DNA from: a virus
Strand: one strand, 5' to 3'
Length of the DNA stretch: 64,000 nt
IMG/VR virus record: IMGVR_UViG_2974694605_000001
Coordinates: 20,294-84,293 of that record
Shown one piece after another: positions 43,607 through 54,203 of the stretch. The notes below the pieces were generated by a model that was not told where the DNA came from, did not search any database, and saw nothing but the letters and a program-made list of their open reading frames with translations. A program made the translations under genes and the position numbers. Within the stretch, counting starts at the first letter, position 1, and every line of letters begins with the position of its first letter.

Positions 43607-46600
43607 ATGACAGACTTAAACACATTAACATATCAAAACATTCACTCACACAGTTTTTATTCAAATATTTCAACGCATGACTCAGTTATCTCTCGGACAG
43701 ATGTTGCAGAACGTGCTGTTGAGCTAGGGCATACAACTTTATCATGTATTGAACATGGTTATATGGGGAACGTATTTGAAACTTATAGAATTGCCAAACA
43801 ATTTAATCTTAAACTAATCTTTGGTACAGAGTTCTATTATGTTAAAGACCGCTTTGAGAAAGACCGTACTAACTCTCATTTGCTAGTTGTAGCTAAGAAT
43901 GAGAATGGAAAAGAAGCTATTACAGGACTTATTTCAGAATCATATCAAACTGGATTCTATGGACGTAATCGTATTGACGAAGAATTATTGTTCTCTCTTC
44001 CAAAAGACGATGTTATTGTAACAACTGCGTGTATTGCGAGTCCTATCAATCTTTATGAAGGATATGCTGAATACTTTATTCCAAAAGCTAAAGCTTACTT
44101 TGGTGACAATTTCTTTTTGGAAGTTCAACCACATTGGAATAAAAAACAAGCTGACTTCAACAAGAAGTTGGTTGAATACCGAAAAGAATATAATGTTCCT
44201 TTTATCTTAGGTGTTGATACTCATTATATCAAAGAAGAAGATTATAAGATGCGTGATATTTATCTTAAATCTCGTAAGATTATCTACGATAAAGAAGAAG
44301 GATTCTTTATGGACTATCCTGAAACAAAAATAATCATAGAACGATTCAACAAGCAAGCTGTTCTAAGTGATGAACAAATCACAGAAGCTTTTAATAATAG
44401 TCACATTGTTGATAAGTTTGATTCTATTGAGATTACTGATGATATTAAAATGCCATCAGTTTACCCTGACAAAACAGAAAAAGAAAAGGTTGAGATTCTT
44501 AAAAAGCATATTAATAAAGCTTGGATTGAAGACCGCAAACATATTCCCAGAGAACGTCATAAAGAGTATATCGAAGCTATTAAGTCTGAAATGTCTATTG
44601 TAGAGAACACTCACATGGTAGATTACTTCTTAATGAATGAAAAAATTATCACCTTGGGAAAAGAGAAATATGGTGGAGTCTTGACTATGACGGGCCGCGG
44701 CTCATCACCTTCTTTCTATTTAAATAAACTACTTGATTTTACAGCAGTAGACCGTGTCAATTCGCCATTAAAATTATATCCTACTCGCTTTATGTCTGAA
44801 TCACGTATACTAGAGGCAAAAAGTTTACCAGATGTGGATTTTAATACGGCTAATCCAGAACCTTTTATGAGAGCTCAGAAAGAAATTTTAGGTGAAGATA
44901 ACGCTTATCAAATGATTGCCTATGGAACAATGCAAGAAAAAGATGCTTTCAAAACATATTGTCGTGGGTTAGATATTCCAAAAAATGAATATTGGACAAT
45001 TGCGGAAGACCTTGAACGTTGGGTTAAAACTGATAAATGGAGAGATATCATTAAAACTAGCCAACAATTCATTGGTGTTGTCACTTCATTTTCACCTCAC
45101 CCATGTTCATCATTACTTTTGTCAGACCCTATCTCTCGCAAGATTGGTGTCATTAAGACAAAAGAAGGTGTAGATGTTGCTTTAATTGGTTCGTATGATT
45201 CAGATGTTTATAAATATCTTAAAAACGACTTATTAGTTGTTACTGTTTGGGACATTATCGCTAAAGTATGTAAAGAATTAGATATTGACATTCCTGATGT
45301 GCGTACTCTTACAAAACTAGTAGAGAATAATGATAAAGTATGGGATTTGTATAAAGATGGAATGGTTGCAACTCTTAATCAAGCTGGAACACCTTCTGGC
45401 AAGCCACAAGTTATGCAATATAAACCTCAAAGTGTTCGTGAATTAAGTATGTGGGTTGCAGGTATTCGCCCTTCATTCGCAAGTATGAAATCCTATTTCT
45501 TAAATAGACAACCTTTTAGCTATAATATTCCAGCCTTTGATGAACTTCTTAAAGACAGTGATAACTTCGTGCTCTTCCAAGAGTCAATTATGGCAACCTT
45601 ACAATTTGCTGGATACGAAGAAGATGTTACCTACGGACTTCTCAAAGCTATTGCCAAGAAGAAAAAAGGTATTATTGAACCTATCCACGACAAATTTATT
45701 GAGGGATTCGTAGCTAAAACTGGTTCAGAAGAACAGGCTTTAAAAGTTTGGACTATCATTGAGAATGCCGTGAATTACGGATTTAATTCTAGCCATGCCT
45801 ACTCTGTTGCGTTAGACTCTTTATATGGTGCATGGCTCAAAGCTACTTACCCTCTTGTTTATTTTGCTGTAGTACTTAATGTATATAAAAATTCAAAAGA
45901 TAAACAGGCTGAGTTAATCAATGAATTAGAATATTTTGATATTTCATTAAAAGGACTACAATTTGGTAAATCAAAATCTGATTATTCTTATGAAACAGAG
46001 ACAAATACAATCTATAAGGGAATCTCTACCGTTGCGTATCTTAATCAACAAGTCTCAGATAACCTCTACAATCTTGCAAACGAGAAACATTATGAAAAAG
46101 ATGATATTGTTCAACTCTTTCTCGATATTTTAGAGGGTGCTCTTGCAGACAACCGACAAATGAATATCTTGATTAAACTTGGATTCTTTAAAGAGTTTGG
46201 TGAAGAATCAATACTTCTTGAACTTTACAATACTATGACTGGATATCAAGCTAAAAAGCCTAACCCTATCTTTACAGATAACAAAAAGCTTGATGTTAAA
46301 TATTCACGTACACACAAGGAGAAAACTAAACTTGTGCGTATTGAAAATATTAAAGAATATTATGGTTTGATACTGAATAATGCTCATTTACTTCCTACAA
46401 CTAATTTATTCGATAGACTTACGAATGAAGTTGAATACATGGGATATGCTGAAACTCTTGACCAAAGTCTTGGGAAAAATGTCTACGTTGTTATGGATAT
46501 TAATACTAAGTATACGCCCGTTTATACTCTATATAATATGTATGATGGACATATCTCTATTGCTAAGATTGATAAGAAAAAAGCTTATCGTGATACAAAA

Positions 46601-46768
46601 TCAACTAAAGATGGAGAATTAATCATTAAACTAGGAGACCAAATTGAGATTATGGAATTTGCTCAAAGACCTAAGATGGCTTTAGTTGACGGTAAATGGG
46701 AATCAAATTATGACCAAATGCAAGATTACATTGAACACGTTAGACTGATTGAACGTTATGAACATTAA
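43607..46768 (+). CDS. dnaE: DNA polymerase III alpha subunit (C-family)
   Basis: PHP domain HSHSFYS...EHG, GRGSS, PDVDF, HPCS, KNDLL, YGFNSSHA. Confidence 0.95.
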   Translation: MTDLNTLTYQNIHSHSFYSNISTHDSVISRTDVAERAVELGHTTLSCIEHGYMGNVFETYRIAKQFNLKLIFGTEFYYVKDRFEKDRTNSHLLVVAKNENGKEAITGLISESYQTGFYGRNRIDEELLFSLPKDDVIVTTACIASPINLYEGYAEYFIPKAKAYFGDNFFLEVQPHWNKKQADFNKKLVEYRKEYNVPFILGVDTHYIKEEDYKMRDIYLKSRKIIYDKEEGFFMDYPETKIIIERFNKQAVLSDEQITEAFNNSHIVDKFDSIEITDDIKMPSVYPDKTEKEKVEILKKHINKAWIEDRKHIPRERHKEYIEAIKSEMSIVENTHMVDYFLMNEKIITLGKEKYGGVLTMTGRGSSPSFYLNKLLDFTAVDRVNSPLKLYPTRFMSESRILEAKSLPDVDFNTANPEPFMRAQKEILGEDNAYQMIAYGTMQEKDAFKTYCRGLDIPKNEYWTIAEDLERWVKTDKWRDIIKTSQQFIGVVTSFSPHPCSSLLLSDPISRKIGVIKTKEGVDVALIGSYDSDVYKYLKNDLLVVTVWDIIAKVCKELDIDIPDVRTLTKLVENNDKVWDLYKDGMVATLNQAGTPSGKPQVMQYKPQSVRELSMWVAGIRPSFASMKSYFLNRQPFSYNIPAFDELLKDSDNFVLFQESIMATLQFAGYEEDVTYGLLKAIAKKKKGIIEPIHDKFIEGFVAKTGSEEQALKVWTIIENAVNYGFNSSHAYSVALDSLYGAWLKATYPLVYFAVVLNVYKNSKDKQAELINELEYFDISLKGLQFGKSKSDYSYETETNTIYKGISTVAYLNQQVSDNLYNLANEKHYEKDDIVQLFLDILEGALADNRQMNILIKLGFFKEFGEESILLELYNTMTGYQAKKPNPIFTDNKKLDVKYSRTHKEKTKLVRIENIKEYYGLILNNAHLLPTTNLFDRLTNEVEYMGYAETLDQSLGKNVYVVMDINTKYTPVYTLYNMYDGHISIAKIDKKKAYRDTKSTKDGELIIKLGDQIEIMEFAQRPKMALVDGKWESNYDQMQDYIEHVRLIERYEH

Positions 46769-46778
46769 ATAGAATTGT

Positions 46779-46820
46779 AATACACCTGTAATTGACTTTA
46801 TGGGTGTGTTTTGGTATAAT
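46779..46820 (+). promoter_or_regulatory. terminator hairpin with -35 in loop + promoter
   Basis: AATACACCTGTAA-TTGACT-TTATGGGTGTGTT; TATAAT at 46815. Confidence 0.75.
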
Positions 46821-46852
46821 TAATATATAGAAAACGTAAGGAGAAAAAAATA

Positions 46853-47035
46853 ATGGAATTAAAAGAACTTGAACCAGCTATCATTGGGTTTACTGGTGGA
46901 CTGGGTGACCACGAATATGTACTTGAACGTGGGGAAGTCACAAGCGTAGGGTATTTTGCAAAAAATGAAAATCTCTATACAGAAACACAAGTTAAAAAAC
47001 TACTTGCAAGTAAAGGGGAACATAATGAAATTTGA
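46853..47035 (+). CDS. hypothetical protein
   Basis: AAGGAG RBS. Confidence 0.65.
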   Translation: MELKELEPAIIGFTGGLGDHEYVLERGEVTSVGYFAKNENLYTETQVKKLLASKGEHNEI

Positions 47036-47300
47036 TATTAAAACAGCAGTAATTACAGGTGGAACATTGTTAACATTGGGAATGTTGCAAGGTTCAAGTG
47101 TTGAGAATCCAAACAAGAACTTCACAAACGTTAACCGAGTAAAATTATTCCAGAATCATTACACTATGGGTGGCGGAAGAGATGAGGGGTATGCGGACTA
47201 CACAAAGATGAATGACTTCATTAAAAAACATCCCGAAGGTTTCTTGACAGAATCAGCTAGTAAATTTGGAGTTAATTACACATATACCTATCATGAATAA
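47025..47300 (+). CDS. small membrane-anchored or secreted protein
   Basis: AGGGG RBS before ATG 47025; N-terminal hydrophobic stretch. Confidence 0.6.
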   Translation: MKFDIKTAVITGGTLLTLGMLQGSSVENPNKNFTNVNRVKLFQNHYTMGGGRDEGYADYTKMNDFIKKHPEGFLTESASKFGVNYTYTYHE

Positions 47301-47311
47301 GGAGAATAAAA

Positions 47312-47662
47312 ATGAATAAAGCAATAGAATCACAGTTAAAAAGAATCGAACCCATCTCGAAATTAAAAATATTCACTGGTGATACAAAAGTCTATGATAC
47401 AATCCCAAAATATAATGACCAGATTAAAGAGGTGGATGTTTACACTCAGGAACAAATGATTGAGTTTGCAAAATTTGTTTCTGGGTATACAGCGGAGTAT
47501 GTTTCTTATGAAATGGAGGAAGCTTGTTGGGAAATGGAAGGTCCTATGCTAGGAATATCTTATAGTGCTGAAGATGCAATTGAAGAGTTATTCGAGGATA
47601 ATGATGATGAAAAAGAATCTGTAGATAGTGTCCCAAAACTTACTCTCGAAGATTTTTTGTAA
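47312..47662 (+). CDS. acidic hypothetical protein
   Basis: AAGGAG RBS. Confidence 0.7.
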   Translation: MNKAIESQLKRIEPISKLKIFTGDTKVYDTIPKYNDQIKEVDVYTQEQMIEFAKFVSGYTAEYVSYEMEEACWEMEGPMLGISYSAEDAIEELFEDNDDEKESVDSVPKLTLEDFL

Positions 47663-47706
47663 AATCTGTTGGCATCATGATTAATTAAATAAAACACACT
47701 TATCTC

Positions 47707-47735
47707 TTGACAATCATCTGTCGTTATGATATAAT
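47707..47735 (+). promoter_or_regulatory. sigma70-type promoter
   Basis: TTGACA-17-TATAAT. Confidence 0.85.
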
Positions 47736-47798
47736 ATATATATAGGTTAAAGCAATAGCCTAAACAATAAAACTTAATTCCAAAAGGAGAAAAACACT

Positions 47799-48044
47799 AT
47801 GTCTAAAACAAAATTCTACGCACTCTACAATGGTACTCGCAAAGAAAAACATTCAGGAACTGAACGTGTCTTCGATAAGAAATCTGGAAAACGTGTTCAA
47901 AAACAAGTTGAACGTGAAGTCTCTGTTGGAACTTCTTACGTGTTTGATTTGTTGTCTGAAACACGTATCGGTGCTCGTCAAGAGGCATTGGCAATTGCTC
48001 GTGAAGAAGGACTTAAATTTGCAGGTTTGCATTTGTATAAATAA
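47799..48044 (+). CDS. basic hypothetical protein
   Basis: AAGGAG RBS, own promoter. Confidence 0.7.
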   Translation: MSKTKFYALYNGTRKEKHSGTERVFDKKSGKRVQKQVEREVSVGTSYVFDLLSETRIGARQEALAIAREEGLKFAGLHLYK

Positions 48045-48045
48045 T

Positions 48046-48078
48046 AAAAAAGAGAGAAATCAATTCTCTCTTTTTTTT
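48046..48078. terminator. bidirectional terminator at convergence of early and late arms
   Basis: AAAAAAGAGAGAA-ATCAA-TTCTCTCTTTTTTT. Confidence 0.85.
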
Positions 48079-48740
48079 ACTGTATTTTCAAGGTCTTTAA
48101 ACATTTTATCAATATCAAATTCTTTAGGAGTTTTTGCTTCTTTAACGATTGTCTTTTTGGCAGTCGTTTTCTTTTTAGCCCCAGTTGACTTCTTCTTAGT
48201 GCCCTTCTTAGGCTTTTTAAGAGCTTCAATCTCTTTCTTGGTATAAGCTTTAGGCTTAGTCCATTTGAGTCCATTCTTGACGAGATAAGCATACGCAACA
48301 GCCATTGCATCAGACTCATCATCAGAATTGAATGTTATGTTCAAATGTTTGCTTAAGATATCTTCAACTTCTTCTTTACTTGCGTTTCCTTTATATAATG
48401 TTTCACGTATTGTTTTTGCTGGGTAATAGATGTTTTCAACCTCAGAGAATACTAGATTGAAGATTCCATGAACACGGAATACTACTTGAGTAGATGCATT
48501 AAATCTTGTGAATCCTCTTTCGATTACAGCTACACTAGGTGGATATTCCCTTGTAAGTCTAGTTAGTTCTTCATAGATAAATCTCAACTTCTTTGGATTT
48601 CTTGTTTCCTCTGGAAGATTCTTATAATCTTTGATATTGTCTGTTCTGATACTCCCAACATATACTATTTCTTTTGTATCTTCGTCGATAATAACTATAC
48701 CAGAGTTCTTCAACGAGGGGTCTAGTCCATATATATACAT
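48060..48740 (-). CDS. ruvC: RuvC-like Holliday junction resolvase with Lys-rich tail
   Basis: GLDPSLKNSG, AVIERGF, DDESDAMAVA. Confidence 0.85.
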   Translation of the reverse strand: MYIYGLDPSLKNSGIVIIDEDTKEIVYVGSIRTDNIKDYKNLPEETRNPKKLRFIYEELTRLTREYPPSVAVIERGFTRFNASTQVVFRVHGIFNLVFSEVENIYYPAKTIRETLYKGNASKEEVEDILSKHLNITFNSDDESDAMAVAYAYLVKNGLKWTKPKAYTKKEIEALKKPKKGTKKKSTGAKKKTTAKKTIVKEAKTPKEFDIDKMFKDLENTVKKREN

Positions 48741-48793
48741 AAATAACTCCTTAACTCAAAAAATGGTGAGTATTTCACCCACCACATTAAACC

Positions 48794-49201
48794 TTATTCT
48801 TTAATTTTATCTGCAACTTCTGACGCTACAGCATTTTCTTCAATAGATGGATTTTTTAATGTTACTGTCTCTGTCATACCTTGCTTAAAGTTAGCGACAG
48901 ATGCTTCAATTAACATATTTAATTCAGCGTCTGTGATTTTGATTCCTTTTTCAGATAGAATTTCAAGAGCCTTATTTTTAGCTTCATTATATTTAGTTTT
49001 ATTATCAGCTTCATTAAATACTTGTTGAACATATTTTACAGCGAGGTCTACAATTGTTTTGTTTGCATCCAACTTAGCTTTGATTGCATATTTATCTGCA
49101 ACTCGTTGCACTTGTATTCCTGCAATTTTTGCAAGATATCCAATAATAGCTACCAAGAGAGCTAAGAGTATGGGTGTGATTGCTTGTACTAATTCATTCA
49201 T
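48794..49201 (-). CDS. holin (LL-H family-like)
   Basis: N-terminal TM segment; AVKYVQQ...K...A...L...GIKIT..E...LIEASV. Confidence 0.8.
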   Translation of the reverse strand: MNELVQAITPILLALLVAIIGYLAKIAGIQVQRVADKYAIKAKLDANKTIVDLAVKYVQQVFNEADNKTKYNEAKNKALEILSEKGIKITDAELNMLIEASVANFKQGMTETVTLKNPSIEENAVASEVADKIKE

Positions 49202-49216
49202 TATTTATTTTCTCCT

Positions 49217-49375
49217 TTATTTTAAAATGATTTTGCCATTTTCGTCACGATTTTTATCGAGTTCTTTTATTCTAGCCTCTACTTGTTTTTTCAAGAAAGC
49301 TGGAACACGTTCTCTTGTTATTTTACCTTCTAAGATATTCAAAGCATATAGGGTTGTAATTCCTTCGTAAGCCAT
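49217..49375 (-). CDS. small XkdX/CD1375-like protein (52 aa)
   Basis: read by eye: MAYEGITTLYALNILEGKITRERVPAFLKKQVE; GGAG RBS. Confidence 0.65.
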   Translation of the reverse strand: MAYEGITTLYALNILEGKITRERVPAFLKKQVEARIKELDKNRDENGKIILK

Positions 49376-49378
49376 AAA

Positions 49379-49669
49379 TTATACTCCTTTCGGACTGATT
49401 AAGTCCATTAAATCAAATACAGATTGTTCATTCATTGTCACACGACCCTCAAGTTCATTAATATCTGCTTTTTGTTTTTCAATAATACTATCTTTGTCTT
49501 CTTCCCAGAGACCTCGTTCATAGCTATAACGTGGGAATAAAATATTTTCGCTAGGCGGTGTACGGACAAGACCCTCTCCTAGAGGAAGATGGTCGTCTAC
49601 TTGATATGTCTTGTAGAATTTTCCATCTACTTTTTCATTTAATGGTTGATAAATTGTAATTGTTGCCAT
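49379..49669 (-). CDS. tail-fibre-associated small protein (chaperone-like)
   Basis: position after RBP; TPP..F.PRY..W + C-terminal coiled coil. Confidence 0.65.
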   Translation of the reverse strand: MATITIYQPLNEKVDGKFYKTYQVDDHLPLGEGLVRTPPSENILFPRYSYERGLWEEDKDSIIEKQKADINELEGRVTMNEQSVFDLMDLISPKGV

Positions 49670-49685
49670 TGTTCCCTCTTTTCTT

Positions 49686-51518
49686 TTATGCTATTCTTCT
49701 CCATCTGTATACAGAGATTGATGGTTGCCAGTTATTGTGATTTGTGTTGTCTCCCCTTGTTTTCGCAACTGCACCAGTTTCAGTATTAGGGATAGAGTTA
49801 GAAGTATTAGAAATTTCTGATAAATCTCCTACTCTCCAATATTCATTGCTACCAAACTTAAGACCATATTTAATACCACTGTGGATTTGTGGACCTCCAT
49901 TTAATATCATTTTTAGCTGATGGCTATGTGATGTTAAGGGATTAACTGAACCCACCGACCTATTTCCGCTGTTGATTGAACCGTCTCCTTCATTAACACC
50001 AACTGTCACACGACCATTACCGAATCGTTCCCAGCGACCTCCCATGATATTAGCAGGGTTTTCACTGTTGGTACTCTCAAAAATACATCCTACTGGATAG
50101 AATATGTCAATTAGCTTTTTGCCATTGATTGACATGTCACCAGAGACTTGGAAATTTTCTTTACCCTCTTCAAATACTTTTCCTACTGATGCACCAGTTG
50201 TACCCCAAGACATAGGTACTTGTGCTACAGGAATGACCGTAGTTGATACAGTTGACATAAATTCATCATACATTGTAATTCTAATATTATATACTTTATC
50301 TATGTTTATAGCATCTTTAACTATTTTTCCTGACCAACTCTCTTGAGTAGCACTGCTATTTTGCTCTAGTAAAATCCAACTTTTATTCATCGGCTGATAT
50401 TCTATTTTATACCCCATAACATTATTAACTCCAATTGCTTTTGAAGTTCCTGACCATGTGATATCCACAATCTCTTGAGCATCTTTTCTTCTTAGAGCTG
50501 ATATCGTAGTTGTTGGGTTTCTATAGGGTGCTAGATTGATAGTCTTAGATGATGTAGCTTTATATCCACGGCTATCAGTTACAGTGACTACAATATTTAA
50601 GTTTCCAGATTCTGCAACAAACCCTGAAACTATAGAACTTCCTGTATATGTTGCATTACCAACTTTAGTTTCAATCTTTGAAATAGTGCTGTACATTTTA
50701 GAACTAGCATTTGTAGCAACTTTTAATTTTGACTTAGATTGAACATAGACAGCGCCCACTGCCGTGGTTACTGCTGAGTTCCCCTCTGATATTGTAAACC
50801 CATGAATAACTGGTTGAAATCTACTATCATTAACCGTATTTATTGTCAACCTTGCACTAGAAGAACCTATTTTTGTTCCACCACTATAGGTGTCACAGAC
50901 TATCGTTCCCCAGCCAGAAGTTCCATTCGGAATGTATCTTGATAAATCTATGCTTGGGGTAAAATCATAATCAACATAATTAATTTTGCTTGCAAAAGTA
51001 TTATTGCTACTTGAAAACTTAAATGTTAATGTATGAGTAAAACTTCCACTAGCTCTATTGATATGTATTTTTGTTTTTTCTCCAAATTTAATTGTTGCTG
51101 GGGAAACAGATACTGAACTTGTACGTGGGATAGTATTTAATGTACCAAACCCCTCCCATACTGTAACCCCATAATAAACTCCTGCAAAAGTAACATTAAC
51201 ATTATAACTACATGTTACTTTAAAATCTTTTGTTCCATCTGCATTATGACCTACGACCCAGTTAGCGGCAAAGAGAAGTTTCTTTTGATTAGCAGCTAAG
51301 TCAGACGTTGCTGTGAAATCTTTTCTCTCTCCATTTAGTGTTACATATCCGTGGTTGACCGCAGGAGCAGACATAGCTCCATATTGGTCTACAGATTGTA
51401 AAAATACTTTACATGTAACTGTACTGTTATTACTTGGAATACTTTGAAATGCTATATTCCATTCATAAATTAGTCGATGTCTTGCAAAGGCATGTGTACC
51501 TGAGCCACTTGAAGCCAT
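49686..51518 (-). CDS. receptor-binding/tail fibre protein (DUF859-like N-terminus)
   Basis: RASGSFTHTL motif; C-terminal DIFYPVG..STN..NP...GGRWERF...QPSISVYRWRR. Confidence 0.8.
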   Translation of the reverse strand: MASSGSGTHAFARHRLIYEWNIAFQSIPSNNSTVTCKVFLQSVDQYGAMSAPAVNHGYVTLNGERKDFTATSDLAANQKKLLFAANWVVGHNADGTKDFKVTCSYNVNVTFAGVYYGVTVWEGFGTLNTIPRTSSVSVSPATIKFGEKTKIHINRASGSFTHTLTFKFSSSNNTFASKINYVDYDFTPSIDLSRYIPNGTSGWGTIVCDTYSGGTKIGSSSARLTINTVNDSRFQPVIHGFTISEGNSAVTTAVGAVYVQSKSKLKVATNASSKMYSTISKIETKVGNATYTGSSIVSGFVAESGNLNIVVTVTDSRGYKATSSKTINLAPYRNPTTTISALRRKDAQEIVDITWSGTSKAIGVNNVMGYKIEYQPMNKSWILLEQNSSATQESWSGKIVKDAINIDKVYNIRITMYDEFMSTVSTTVIPVAQVPMSWGTTGASVGKVFEEGKENFQVSGDMSINGKKLIDIFYPVGCIFESTNSENPANIMGGRWERFGNGRVTVGVNEGDGSINSGNRSVGSVNPLTSHSHQLKMILNGGPQIHSGIKYGLKFGSNEYWRVGDLSEISNTSNSIPNTETGAVAKTRGDNTNHNNWQPSISVYRWRRIA

Positions 51519-54052
51519 TAAGTAATTCCTCCTACATATCTTATGATTGTTACTGGCGATTCATCTGAGAATTTAGTAATTAAATGATTACCAATTGTTG
51601 CTGACTCAAGGAAGACCCCTTTTTGGATATTAAGAACTTCCCCTGTAATAAATGCTACGTCAACGTTGTTGTCCCAGAATACAATTTTATCACTTGTTAC
51701 TTGAATTGCCATTTGTGATTGTACGTTGGAAATGAACATTCCTTCTTCACTAAATGTAAATGATTCGTCAATGAAATTCCATTTTACCTTCATTTCATCA
51801 TAAAATCCTTCGACAATAGTTGTTCTATTATCTACATTATTTATATCTTCTTTGTTTTGAGTTGAAACATCTTGAAGATTGTTAATTGTAGTTTGATAAT
51901 CGTGTTCTAACCAAGAAGTGTAATCTTCATTAGAGACTGCATTTTGAGCCTGAACTAAAGCATCATTAGCTGTGTCAGCAACAGATGCTAAATCATCAAG
52001 TCCTGCTTTATTTGATAGTCCACTATCAGAACTAGCTTGAACATATCTTGGATTTAATTGCCACCGATAATCTGATGGGTTTTGAGAGTCTTTCTCTCCA
52101 ACACCAACATACATAGGTATTGCATCTTGCCATTGGTCTTGTGCTTCGCTCTCACTTGGCATCCAAGGAGTAACAGTTGAACCTAGTTCAAGTTTGAGTG
52201 GAGATATAATGAATGTATCAGTCACCTCCAAAGGCATCATGGCACCAGATGAATAGGCGTAATGTACCACAGACTTGAGGATATCACCTGTCCTATTGGA
52301 AGCTACTGTAGGCTGTGGAATAATAGTAGTAAATGTCAGCTTAGTCCATTTACCATCATTTTTAACTTCTATATCGCTACCACCAACATATTTCCAACCA
52401 GTGGAAACTCCCTCGTTAGGCTCTGTATCAGCTCCATATCTAAACCCCATTTGAGGTATAAATTTTACAGGTCTATTCCCTGTATTTTTTATCCAAAATG
52501 AATTAGTTATAGTATCACCAATCTTTAACTTACTTACATCAGTTACAACTCTCATCCCAGATTGAGCGGTTCTTGTCGATGGAGTGTATTTTCTACCCCA
52601 AGAAAATCCAGCTAAATCATTTATCGCTACTTTCTCTGATTTGTCTGTTCCACCACCATTTGAGATGCCTGTTGGCAAATCATCATAGTTTAATTGAGTG
52701 TTATTTGACAAATTCAAATTAGGATAAACAGTACTAAATCTGTCTGTCCCATCGGAACTCCAAGAGTAAGCAGTATATGCATTTGAGTTCTGCCCTTTAA
52801 AGATTGCCCATTGATATTTACTGTAATCTAAACTTGATTCGACATTGCTATCTGAATACGTTCCGATATAATTAGGATAATCACTAGTTTTTATTTCCGA
52901 TGAACTTGGCATATATGGAGTAGCGGTTGAACCTTCTTCAACTTTAGGTTTTTTAAGGTTAATTTCTGTTCCATTGTTACTTCTTATAAAAAATTGAACA
53001 TTTCTATCTGGAATAACATTTGATGATGTTACTGTAATTGTATATATCTTCCATTCACTAGTTAGATTAATTTGTAAAGACCAAGGCGTGTTGGGAGCAG
53101 TCCAATTTTGGTATGCATAAATAGTATGTTGTCCAGTACCTTTTAGCAAAACACTAAATGTATATTTTGTATTTGGTTTAACTGCGACTTTCGTCATATT
53201 AGGTGATGCTGTGTCAGGAATTAAGAAGAATCTAAACCAATCGTAATTATCTCTGGGTGCTTTAGCAGTTAAATAATAAAAATCTCCATCTTGTGTTTTT
53301 TTAGTTGTTGGGTCTATTCTAATAGAACCTCTTAATTTACTTGCCTCATCCTCTGTGCCGATAAACGTTTTAGTATTATCTCCTAAATTCAAATTTGGAT
53401 AAACAGTCGTGAAATCATCTTTACCATCAGCACTCCATGAATAAGCTGTATGTAAATATGGTGTCTTACCATCATTACCTCTAGCTCCAGTAGCACCGTT
53501 GACCACTATCCCTCCGTTTGATAGCGTACACCCAATTTCTGGAGTTGAGCCATCTTTTTGGATGGCTTCTTCATATCCTTGCCGTGGTTGCAGTGGCCAA
53601 GTCCCATCAGAGCGTTTAGACATACCAATAAATACATGACCAGCTCGATAGTTCCCCCATGTTCCGAGTTCTGGAGACCCACCCATGTTATCAAGTACGT
53701 TTCTAGTATCTTGGTCAATTCTGTCTGCATCTGAGGCTGCGATAACGACAATACTATCTGTAAGGCTAGCCAAGTAGTCGGCAAAAGTCATGCTAACGCC
53801 ATTATAAGTAAATGACATGGAGGTGTAAGTGTCGCAACTGACGAACTCTTTAAGTTTATGTGTTGTAACATCAAGCACCCAGACATTATGTCCTCTGTTA
53901 CCTACTGTTTGCTTAAAAGCATTAGGGCCAGTCAGCTTAATTTCCGCTCTAGAACCAGCCGAGAATGTATAGGACTTAACGAAAATCGTTGGTGCATCGG
54001 CCCCATCATTAACGTTACTTAATGTGAGGCTATTGCTTGCTACTATCGTCAT
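51518..54052 (-). CDS. accessory tail adhesin with two CBM-like modules
   Basis: repeated HTAYSWSxDG..F..VYPNLNL boundaries; C-terminal coiled-coil stalk. Confidence 0.8.
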   Translation of the reverse strand: MTIVASNSLTLSNVNDGADAPTIFVKSYTFSAGSRAEIKLTGPNAFKQTVGNRGHNVWVLDVTTHKLKEFVSCDTYTSMSFTYNGVSMTFADYLASLTDSIVVIAASDADRIDQDTRNVLDNMGGSPELGTWGNYRAGHVFIGMSKRSDGTWPLQPRQGYEEAIQKDGSTPEIGCTLSNGGIVVNGATGARGNDGKTPYLHTAYSWSADGKDDFTTVYPNLNLGDNTKTFIGTEDEASKLRGSIRIDPTTKKTQDGDFYYLTAKAPRDNYDWFRFFLIPDTASPNMTKVAVKPNTKYTFSVLLKGTGQHTIYAYQNWTAPNTPWSLQINLTSEWKIYTITVTSSNVIPDRNVQFFIRSNNGTEINLKKPKVEEGSTATPYMPSSSEIKTSDYPNYIGTYSDSNVESSLDYSKYQWAIFKGQNSNAYTAYSWSSDGTDRFSTVYPNLNLSNNTQLNYDDLPTGISNGGGTDKSEKVAINDLAGFSWGRKYTPSTRTAQSGMRVVTDVSKLKIGDTITNSFWIKNTGNRPVKFIPQMGFRYGADTEPNEGVSTGWKYVGGSDIEVKNDGKWTKLTFTTIIPQPTVASNRTGDILKSVVHYAYSSGAMMPLEVTDTFIISPLKLELGSTVTPWMPSESEAQDQWQDAIPMYVGVGEKDSQNPSDYRWQLNPRYVQASSDSGLSNKAGLDDLASVADTANDALVQAQNAVSNEDYTSWLEHDYQTTINNLQDVSTQNKEDINNVDNRTTIVEGFYDEMKVKWNFIDESFTFSEEGMFISNVQSQMAIQVTSDKIVFWDNNVDVAFITGEVLNIQKGVFLESATIGNHLITKFSDESPVTIIRYVGGIT

Positions 54053-54203
54053 CAGTCACCTCCGCCCAAATTTCAACAATTGGAGTGGAGATACCATAAG
54101 TCCGCCAGATTTGTTCAATCACATCGCTTGCGCTTGTCGCTTCAAAGCTAACTTGTGTGATTTCTCCCCCAAGTTCAATATTGGCATAAAATGTACTTTT
54201 CAT
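54030..54203 (-). CDS. 57-aa hypothetical protein
   Basis: TAATG coupling; MKSTFYANIELGGEITQVSFEAT... Confidence 0.5.
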   Translation of the reverse strand: MKSTFYANIELGGEITQVSFEATSASDVIEQIWRTYGISTPIVEIWAEVTDDDSSKQ

